Assembly: GCA_054661495.1 (NCBI GenBank)
Contig: BAAFSQ010000381.1
Location: 1-8,312 of the forward strand
DNA from: Zygophlyctis sp. KS116
Taxonomy: Eukaryota > Fungi > Chytridiomycota
Length of the DNA: 8,312 nucleotides
Reading direction: 5' to 3'
Shown: piece after piece, positions 1 through 7,501 of the stretch
Position numbering within the stretch: position 1 is the first letter of the stretch
How the letters are laid out: the number at the start of each line of letters is the position of its first letter
The notes under the pieces: model-generated
Told to the model about the DNA's origin: nothing
Database searches by the model: none
The model's input: the letters and a program-made list of their open reading frames with translations, nothing else
Translations under genes and position numbers: made by a program

Positions 1-57
1 AATTTATTGTCTTCTGAAACTGTTCGCGCATGTCAATGTCTAAAATCTTGGATTTAA
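1..57 (+). CDS. 3' end of hAT-family transposase (C-terminal dimerisation domain), partial
   Basis: Frame 1 reads NLLSSETVRACQCLKSWI*. This matches the typical hAT transposase C-terminus (L..ET.RA..CLKSW). The start lies outside the window. Confidence 0.8.
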   Translation, partial: NLLSSETVRACQCLKSWI

Positions 58-169
58 TCAAATTTTTCAAATTCTAAGTGATTTGACTCGGAAAAAAAAT
101 ACACTATTTGGATTTGTTGTTGGAGATTCGAATTTGTTCCCAAATAATTTGATTTGTTGCGGAACACTA
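1..169 (+). mobile_element. Right end of a hAT DNA transposon (subterminal repeats plus putative TIR ending ...GCGGAACACTA at 169)
   Basis: Follows the transposase stop. ATTTG occurs at 81, 106, 112, 132, 147 and 152, and its inverse CAAAT at 59, 68 and 141. The reverse complement of the end reads TAGTGTTCCGC, fitting the hAT (T/C)A(A/G)NG TIR consensus. The exact boundary is inferred because the left TIR is not visible. Confidence 0.55.
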
Positions 170-180
170 ATCACAGTGTG

Positions 181-573
181 ATGGATCTTGAAGCAAATTT
201 AATGGGTGCTACGCCTCAGAAAGTACTTTTGATTCTTTCTCAGGCCCGTAAAGATCTTGGCTTCAACCACTGGACGGCTTTTTTCATGGAACGCATGTAT
301 CTGGAATTGGCTATGCAGGAACTGGTCTCAATCAATCAGGATATGGCAAATAACATCGTGTTTTGGCTCGATACAGTCTTGTTTAAAGTTAACCCGGTCT
401 CCTGCTCCTCTATTCTCCACAAGTTTGTGAAACGTGGCATTTTGAATTTTGACGTTCCAAAGGTCAAGGAAATTATGATCAAGATCTACCCCTTCTTTCG
501 GCTTCAATGGGATTCTGACGTTCAACATTGGGCTCGTCTGTTGTCTATCAAGGATAATGATGCAAATTATTGA
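181..573 (+). CDS. Hypothetical protein (130 aa from ATG 181), possibly the 3' part of a gene interrupted by the hAT insertion
   Basis: Uninterrupted ORF that is visibly GC-richer than its flanks (29/60 GC on lines 241 and 481). The sequence looks helical. No family recognised. Confidence 0.5.
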   Translation: MDLEANLMGATPQKVLLILSQARKDLGFNHWTAFFMERMYLELAMQELVSINQDMANNIVFWLDTVLFKVNPVSCSSILHKFVKRGILNFDVPKVKEIMIKIYPFFRLQWDSDVQHWARLLSIKDNDANY

Positions 574-934
574 GAAATAAAAGGCCAGAACATACTCATA
601 CGAACATATATGTTCATTTTCTTAATCATTCGCCGTCTGAGTGCTTCAAAAAACTGAACTACTCTTTCTAACATATAACCCATGAGAGCTTGAGAGAAAC
701 ATTCATAATCAGCTCTTGAGGAACATTTGAGGTAATGCGTATTGCTGTGAGTCAATATTTGCCTGTTTCGAAATGATGCTTATGATCAGACTCTTCCAAT
801 GAATGAGAGTGCGTTCCGATAAAATGCAATTCAACCATTCTTGCTGATTTATTTATAATCATCAACCAAGTGTTAATGGTACTCTGATGCCACATCTTAC
901 TATATGATAGAAATGACTATAAACGATTTAACGA

Positions 935-970
935 GTGAAACGGCAGGTGTAAAATCTGGAGCCGTTTCAC
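935..970. repeat. Perfect 10-bp inverted repeat with 16-nt spacer
   Basis: GTGAAACGGC (935-944) and GCCGTTTCAC (961-970). Confidence 0.85.
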
Positions 971-1190
971 AAGCTGATAAAGTAAAAGGTACCAAAATGA
1001 ATTAGAATGCATCTAAAATGCTATTTTTGATTGAAGAAAATGAATGCATTTAAAATTTAAAGCGCATCTGGAAGGTATTCAAGTTTTAATTTAGATTAGT
1101 ATGTGACGGATATCAATCAATTTAATCAGTCGTGATGTTTAGATTATTATTCTGATTTTAAAAATTAACAATAAAATATAGCCCACTTAG

Positions 1191-2725
1191 TCACGACTTG
1201 ACTAATAGAGAGTTTGAAGGAGAACTATTACCATTAGAATTTAATGCAACGACACGATACCAGCCCTGCTTTTGAATGCTTGCTACTTGAGATCCAGACT
1301 GCACATTATCTAGAAATTCTCGTTCTGTCAAAAAACTATCCAAAGAACTGGAATATTCCAGTCTATATGATGATGCACCAAAAGAACCTTTCATGAACAA
1401 ATTGGATCCATTATTCCAAATGACTGGTGGAATAAGTTGTAAATTAGTAGTTTCCGGATATCCCATGTATCTATTTAATTCCAAAATTGAACTTTTCACC
1501 ATTCTTAAAACATCCTGTTCATCTTTAGGGAAACCCGGTGCTTCAGGAAATCCCGGATAATGATATGCTTTATACATAGTTTTGTAATTCATCATGTGTG
1601 TCTAACAGCATTAAATTAAAAATATATACAAAATCCTCCAGTTTCTGAATGAAATCTTAGACTCCAGATCAGTACTCCACAAGTTGATCTTCTAGGAATA
1701 AATGCAGATATTAATTGATTCATTTTTGTCCATTTATGCAAGCCCAATTCTCCAACAAGTAAAACTTTATTGTAAGAATTCAAAAGATTGTCATCTGATA
1801 TATACCTAGATTTGATATCTGGAAATAATTTAGATAATACTGACACCGATAATGCGAATCCTATCGGTACTAAAATCATCAAAATTGAATTTATCGAAAT
1901 ATGTTTCACGGTAACCTTTGAAGTCTGGAAGAAACTCTTGATAATAAATACTAATAGTATAATCCAAACCAATGGGAATGTAATTAATGCAGCTAGTTGC
2001 TTAGATTCCATAAAAGTATAATAATGATTTGTATATATATCAATATTTGAATCTGACAAGACTGAATGATCCCATCCCAAAGCACCGTTTGATCCATCAA
2101 TTACTAAATGGTTTCTATCAATCTGTTTAACATACTTCGTAATCTCAAGAGTCCATTCTGCAGGCACTCTCCCCCCAAGATAATCTAATTCATTCCCCGT
2201 CTCCCATCCTAATATTGTTGGATCATCCTTGTAGATGACACCACTTATTGTATTAACACGATCAAGAATAGTTGATATCACTGATTTGAACTGATTTAAA
2301 AGTAGAGCATTGGTAAAGAAATCAGAAACCGGTAAATCATTTCTAATAGTGAATGATGGTATCCCTCCCCAATAGTCCCACTTATCAATAAATGGAATTA
2401 TAATTCTAATTTTTGTCAAATTGGCAATATATAATGCTCGATCAACATCCTGAAATAATTTCTCATTCATAATCCATTTTCCTTCAGAGAAAGAGAAATG
2501 TCTGGGATAGTCATTATTGTCTTTTTGAAAACTGAATGGGTACACTCGGACAGCTTTACCATCCATGTCCTGTATCGATGATAACGCATCAGTCTGTTCA
2601 AAAGCTGTTGCCTGATGCCAATATGGGTCTTCTACAACAAATAGATTTGGAATATTAAAAGACACAAAGCGGTATTCAATGTTATTTTGGAATAAATGGG
2701 TTCCATTTCTGTAAATGAAGCTCAT
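1191..2725 (-). CDS. Glycoside hydrolase family 5, beta-mannanase/mannosidase-like, with internal transmembrane hairpin and C-terminal Fn3-like domain. Apparent frameshift near 1575.
   Basis: Motifs: YRFVSFNIPNL, WDYWGG, YKDDPTILGWETGNEL (acid/base E179), TNHYY, VGELG (nucleophile E326), WSLRFH..GGFYTHDE, AYHYPGF, KGSFGASSYRLE and WYRVVALNSNGNSSPSN. It joins ORFs 1616..2725 and 1191..1595 through an intron at 1602-1629. Confidence 0.88.
1602..1629 (-). other. Spliceosomal intron, 28 nt (GH5 gene)
   Basis: GTATATATTTTTAATTTAATGCTGTTAG. Removal gives the family-like GGF-YTHDE. Confidence 0.75.
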
Positions 2726-2787
2726 GATCAGCTCCGAAATATCAGAATTGACGTTAATTATTTTTTACTATACGATATCTTTTCATA

Positions 2788-3402
2788 TTAAATTCTGATT
2801 TGGGAATTTTTGACCGGAAGGGGATTGGCTGGAATGGGATATTCAGGAGAAATCGTGACTCGAGGATCATTAAATAGTAGATGAAACAGGGCAGCATCTC
2901 CATACACCGAAGCAAATCTAATCGCCTGATTGTCCTTGTCAGAAGGATCGACTCTTGGATCATTCAACAGTGTCTTGACTGTGTCTATATTGCCATTTTC
3001 ACAAGCGAGAATGAATGCTAAATTTCGACGATAACCAGGATCAATATTTTTCCATTTCAGAATACACTTGACTAAATCTGTATAACCATATTTGCAAGCC
3101 AGGATAAGAATGATATGGTCATTTACTAGTCTTCGAAATGCATTGTTGACTAATAATGCCCCAAAAGCATTAACATCATTCTCAATGAAGAAGTATACTT
3201 CTGAGCAAATCATGAAAATGTTCCCATCATCAAACATTGTCATTTCAGAGTCTGATATTTCAAATTTATGGTACCGATAAGCATCCAAGGGATCAATGCC
3301 CAGATAAATAGCAAAATTACTAGATGATTCAAAGTCTACCCATTGCATAATCTCCCAATATAGCTCTATCGGTAATATAGAGTTTGTGCAGTCTGAGAGC
3401 AT
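2788..3402 (-). CDS. Ankyrin-repeat protein with N-terminal F-box-like motif (204 aa)
   Basis: ILPIELYWEIMQWVD is F-box-like. Repeats: ACKYGYTDLVKCIL, ACENGNIDTVKTLLNDPRVDPSDKDNQAIRFASVYG and LLFNDPRV. No intron is needed. Confidence 0.85.
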   Translation of the reverse strand: MLSDCTNSILPIELYWEIMQWVDFESSSNFAIYLGIDPLDAYRYHKFEISDSEMTMFDDGNIFMICSEVYFFIENDVNAFGALLVNNAFRRLVNDHIILILACKYGYTDLVKCILKWKNIDPGYRRNLAFILACENGNIDTVKTLLNDPRVDPSDKDNQAIRFASVYGDAALFHLLFNDPRVTISPEYPIPANPLPVKNSQIRI

Positions 3403-3506
3403 TCTGAAAGATTTATTGGCCGCACAGCCACGTGCCTTAAGGAATGATCTCTGCAGATCTTTGGCTGATCAATGATACATAGTTTCAAAAATGAAAATTT
3501 CAGTGT

Positions 3507-4637
3507 TTATTGAGAAAAGAAATTTTGTAATATCCAAATAAGATTAGCAAATGCTTTCTTATTCTTGTTTGCTGCTACCATCACCTTAAATTTGTTCACA
3601 CGAGGATCTGCAAGAAGTAAATTTACAATGCCCATATGACCATTTTTAGCAGCATGTCGGATTGCATAGAAATCTTTTACTGTTGGGTCAACTCTTCTAT
3701 CTAACAAAAGGTGTAGGACAATTTCAGTAAATCCATTGATTGATGCAGTTCGGATAGCATAATTGTTGTCAAAGGATGGATCCATTTTAGGATACTCCAA
3801 CAATCGTTTCAGAACTTGTAAGTGACCATGTTGAACCGACATTTTCATGGCGTAATGTTTTTGATCGACTGGATTGACCTTTGGAAATTTCATCAAGTAG
3901 TCAACTACTTCAAATTGTCCTGCTTTTGCAGCTTCAGTTATTGTGATATTGTTCTTAATACCTGGATGGGTATTGCATTGTTCAATCATGAATTTGATAG
4001 TTTGAAGATCTCCATATGTAGCTGCCTGCGCCATGAGTTTACATTTGTCTTCATATAAGATTGATTCTCCGTCCGAATTCTTGATCATATGAAATATTGT
4101 GGTTTTCAGTTGGTTATAAGCTTCTAGATCAACTAGAGACTCGTTATCGACCTTGTTATTTAAAGGGCTCTGTTCTACAGAGATAGGTATATTAGCTTGT
4201 GTTGATGGTGATAATTGGGGTTGATCAAGTTCTCTCTTTTGAGCAGAAATATTCAACTGATTTACTGTGTAAGTAGATGATTGGCTATGGATTGATTCTC
4301 CAGCGGAAGGGACTGTGGAAGAGGCAGGAGTTGTGACTTGACTGTATTCGCTGATTGAGCAATCCATTAGCTGGGTATCAATACTATGTTTCCATTGAAG
4401 GTTTTTTGGATTTAGAGTAGACTGTAATGAGCTCAGAAGTTTAAGATCAACTTCTTCTGATCCCCAACGAATCCTTTTGTAATGTCTGATCGTTTTACGG
4501 TTTTCGCTTAAACCGGGTTTGGATATGAACAAGTAGTTTGATGGATCTGATGAAAGTAACTTAGATTCGCAAACATGTGTTGTTTTCAATTTCTTAAATT
4601 GTTGGTTTTCGGTTTTCATTTTAGTAAGAGGCGGCAT
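3507..4637 (-). CDS. Ankyrin-repeat protein (376 aa) with basic and S/T/Q-rich disordered N-terminal half
   Basis: About five C-terminal repeats: AATYGDLQTIKFMI, AAKAGQFEVVDYLM, SVQHGHLQVLKRLL, ASINGFTEIVLHLLLDRRVDP and AAKNGHMGIVNLLLADPRV. No intron is needed. Confidence 0.9.
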   Translation of the reverse strand: MPPLTKMKTENQQFKKLKTTHVCESKLLSSDPSNYLFISKPGLSENRKTIRHYKRIRWGSEEVDLKLLSSLQSTLNPKNLQWKHSIDTQLMDCSISEYSQVTTPASSTVPSAGESIHSQSSTYTVNQLNISAQKRELDQPQLSPSTQANIPISVEQSPLNNKVDNESLVDLEAYNQLKTTIFHMIKNSDGESILYEDKCKLMAQAATYGDLQTIKFMIEQCNTHPGIKNNITITEAAKAGQFEVVDYLMKFPKVNPVDQKHYAMKMSVQHGHLQVLKRLLEYPKMDPSFDNNYAIRTASINGFTEIVLHLLLDRRVDPTVKDFYAIRHAAKNGHMGIVNLLLADPRVNKFKVMVAANKNKKAFANLIWILQNFFSQ

Positions 4638-4918
4638 GTTTTTGCTTTTCAGTAAATTAACGGGACGCCACCGGCAGAAAAATCTAATTAGCTTATTGAT
4701 GCAAGGTTCGTATTTATGTTAAGATTATTTCGACAATGCAGTCCGAAAAGTTGGTTTCTGATATTGCGATTATGGAAATTTGAAATGTTTCGAGTGCGTT
4801 GTTTTTACTATGGTTGGTAGTGCGAATCATAAGGCCACATTCGGGTGAACTCTCTGATTACAACTGGTGCTACTAATAAAGGAAATGTATTGAAATATTC
4901 AGTGAAAATAAAAGTATA

Positions 4919-7467
4919 CTAATGCTGATTTTTGATGCAAGATTCCAATCGGACAAATCCCAGTCGGCCACCTGATGCCAACTCAAATTCATGACCAGCG
5001 TTTTTGTTCCAACAAATCTATTTGTTAGCTTATGATATTGTGCTTACCTTTTGAATTGTCATTTCTGGCTGGCTTAAATTCCATCCGGTTGAGATCTTGG
5101 AAAGCGGCATCTCAGGAATTTCTGCCTGATCATGAAATTCCAGGACATTATTGACATTATCGTATGTAAGAGAATAGAGAAATAAAACTACTGGGGATTG
5201 ATGACGTCTAGATCGATTTACATTTCCAATCATAAGTGTAGAGCTAGAAGATGCAACAAAGGGAGTGTGAGGAGAACCATCACAGTCCCATACTGCAGAC
5301 TGATGGCGCATTATACTGAGACTTTTTATTTGAGCGAATGCATCACTCATGCAATGTTCATTGATTGTCGATCCTTCTTCAAGTTGACAAAGCCTAACAC
5401 AATTTTCACGGTCAGAGCAGACAAGTCTACTTCCAGACCAGCAAACTCCTGTAGTTATCGCTAAATATTAAAACGAGACTTAATTACATATACTTCTATG
5501 GATTTGACCTGTGACGGAGGGTTGGCGAATATCATGAACCAAAAATCTACCATCATTACCTGAAGTGATAAAAAACAAATTAGACATAAGACACCCCTGA
5601 ATTTTTCTAATAGCACAATCATGGGCAAAATAAATAGAGTTGGGTTCGGGATCTCGAGATGTTTCACAGTTTAGATAAGGCTCAATGTTCCAAACAACAA
5701 CCCGTCCTAAACATCAATTTTATATTTACATACCATCTGTTGTTCCATTAATTAGAGTTCCTGAACCAACCCAATCTACTTTCCACAAAAGAGTACCGGG
5801 AATAGCTACTTCAAATCTGCTTTCACATGAGACTATAAATAAGCATTGAAAATATCTCCATACCTACTAAAATTTGGTGATTGGAATACTCTGGAAAGTG
5901 TGTTTTTATAGAATGCGGGTTTGGCACTGAGAATACACGACAAGATCCATCCCCAAAAGATGCAGCTAGGAATCCTAATCGATCTACCACATTCTCATCA
6001 CCAATTTTTGAGGCCACAAATGGATACCATTTCAAATCGTAAACACTTCCATATCTATGAGCAATTCCCATAACCATTTTAGGCGGACTTCTTCCATTTA
6101 TTTCCCAAATTTGAATCATTTGAGCCATGCGAGGATCTTCTGGAAAATCTTCAAATTGCGGCTGGCCCAATACATGATTTTCATGGGTCTTATACCCTCC
6201 GACAGCTAGATATTGAACGGGAGAATCTGGAGGTAAAGGACAATAGTCTAGCCCAGCAATGGAGATTCCAGTATTCAAGATCCATCTGTTCCTGTAATTT
6301 TGTTTAGGTCCCTTTTTTATCTCTTGATCTTGATGAAAAGCTTGCAAGTGCTTGATAATATGAGTTGATTTTTTTATTTTGATATTCAAATCCGAAGGTT
6401 CAGGAAAATATACCTGTGCATCCCTATGATAAATAGAATTTTCTTACATTTCTGATATTACGTTAAATTCATTTTCAGACTTTGCGGGAATAATACAAGT
6501 ATCCATATTTGTAAAAATATTCTTTATCAATAGCTTATTTGGAGACGGCGAAAAATCCAACTTACTTTCAATCCTACGAGGGGTAGACTGATTTTTTTGA
6601 ATATTCTCCTCCTTATTATCAAATCCGACCTCTAAATCATAAATTTTCTTTTTCCCTTCAAATCTGATATACATTCCTTTTGTTTTTATTGGCCATGAGT
6701 CAGAATTAAGCAAGTTTTCAAGAATATTTTGATCTAATTTTAGCAAATAAAAGAAAAATACCATTTTTCTCCACAAAATCTTTAACTTCTCCTAAAAATT
6801 TAATCAAAGAATGATTAGTTTTTGTTAAATGATACGTTAGTCCATTATTATTAGCAAATTCCTTGAAACAATCTGAAAACGGACATTTAAATTTTTCTTC
6901 TGTTTTATGGACATCAATGCAATATCTGCCATTATCCTCAAAAACCTTTAATTTCAGATTCTTGATCCAAATTTGAACATATTTTTCAAGAATATCTTGA
7001 AACTCTTGATTCAAGTCTAATTCTTTTTGTGGTTGTCCTATTGTCCCAGATCCTCCTGTTTCACCTAATTCCCTTCCTGATCCCATTGTTTTATTAGATG
7101 CAGATCCAATCCTAGAGCCTAAATTTGAATTTTTAATAACAATTTCAGAGAAATATTCACTACTAGACTCCTCATTAGATTTTCTCAAGACTGTAAAATC
7201 CCCAAAATCATCAAATCCTATAGACTCCAACCTTGCATTTACTTTTCCTGAAGATAAATTAACCTTTTGAATTTCTTCTCCAACTTGAGACTCTGATTCA
7301 CTTTCAGCCTTTAAAGACACACTTTCATCTCCTGAAGACACATCAGACTCTGATTCCTCACTTGACAAATTCACTGATGAAACTTCATCCTCTTCCGAAT
7401 CAGAGTGATGAATATCTAAAGCTTTCATCCTATTCTTTGCATTTGCAGCAGCAGCTCTTTTAGTCAT
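4919..7467 (-). CDS. TFC6: RNA polymerase III transcription factor TFIIIC subunit Tfc6/GTF3C2-like WD40 protein, 7 exons, about 793 aa
   Basis: Exons 7467-6762, 6733-6448, 6423-5864, 5832-5734, 5706-5488, 5460-5048 and 5017-4919 join into one open frame. Family-like motifs: WILNTGISIAGLDYCP, QYLAVG, IQIWE, GSVYDLKWYP, RLGFLAASFGDG, HQSAVWD...SPHTPFVAS and ICWNKN...LASGGRLGFVRLE*. The N-terminus is acidic and there is a C2H2 motif at aa 195-219. Confidence 0.85.
5018..5047 (-). other. Intron 6 of TFC6-like gene, 30 nt
   Basis: GTAAGCACAATATCATAAGCTAACAAATAG, with a canonical GCTAAC branch point. Confidence 0.9.
5461..5487 (-). other. Intron 5 of TFC6-like gene, 27 nt
   Basis: GTAATTAAGTCTCGTTTTAATATTTAG. 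An in-frame alternative donor 6 nt upstream (33-nt intron) is also possible. Confidence 0.8.
5707..5733 (-). other. Intron 4 of TFC6-like gene, 27 nt
   Basis: GTATGTAAATATAAAATTGATGTTTAG. Removal restores the WD motif GTTDGRVVVWNI. Confidence 0.9.
5833..5863 (-). other. Intron 3 of TFC6-like gene, 31 nt
   Basis: GTATGGAGATATTTTCAATGCTTATTTATAG. Removal restores the frame into LLWKVDW. Confidence 0.85.
6424..6447 (-). other. Intron 2 of TFC6-like gene, 24 nt
   Basis: GTAAGAAAATTCTATTTATCATAG. It contains the in-frame TAA that ends ORF 6444..6776. Confidence 0.85.
6734..6761 (-). other. Intron 1 of TFC6-like gene, 28 nt
   Basis: GTATTTTTCTTTTATTTGCTAAAATTAG, with a GCTAA branch-like motif. 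It joins ORFs 6718..7467 and 6444..6776. Confidence 0.85.
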
Positions 7468-7501
7468 TTTTTCCTTTTAAAATTCTCTCCAGTTTCAGAA
7501 A

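Noticed and set aside
101-169. CACTA-superfamily transposon (CACTA at 102 and 165)
   Set aside because: The adjacent transposase is hAT-type, and CACTA at a right end reads TAGTG inward, which fits hAT rather than CACTA elements.
328-528. Minus-strand 66-aa ORF
   Set aside because: Antisense shadow of the longer + ORF, with no motif.
567-895. Minus-strand fragments (ORF 567..755 and an upstream frame containing HFIGTHSHSLEESD) as a spliced gene or MULE/WRKY-like relic
   Set aside because: I could not join them with GT-AG introns of the local type, and the H-x-H motif alone is too weak.
935-970. SECIS element
   Set aside because: GTGA is Watson-Crick paired with TCAC rather than forming the non-canonical GA/GA quartet, and there is no convincing in-frame UGA selenoprotein nearby.
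1788-2021. Plus-strand 77-aa ORF over the GH5 insert
   Set aside because: Antisense to hydrophobic codons, starts at a non-ATG codon, and has no independent evidence.
2754-4058. ORFs 2754..2963 (-), 3092..3280 (+) and 3822..4058 (+)
   Set aside because: Alternative-frame or antisense shadows of the ankyrin genes.
4705-4715. GGTTCGTATTT as an extra-TFIIIC B box
   Set aside because: Deviates from GTTCRANNC at key positions.
5030-7467. ORFs 5030..5350, 5823..6389, 6444..6776 and 6718..7467 as separate genes or an operon; 5198..5464 and 5461..5667 as genes
   Set aside because: The first four are exons of one spliced TFC6-like gene. The last two are antisense or wrong-frame shadows.
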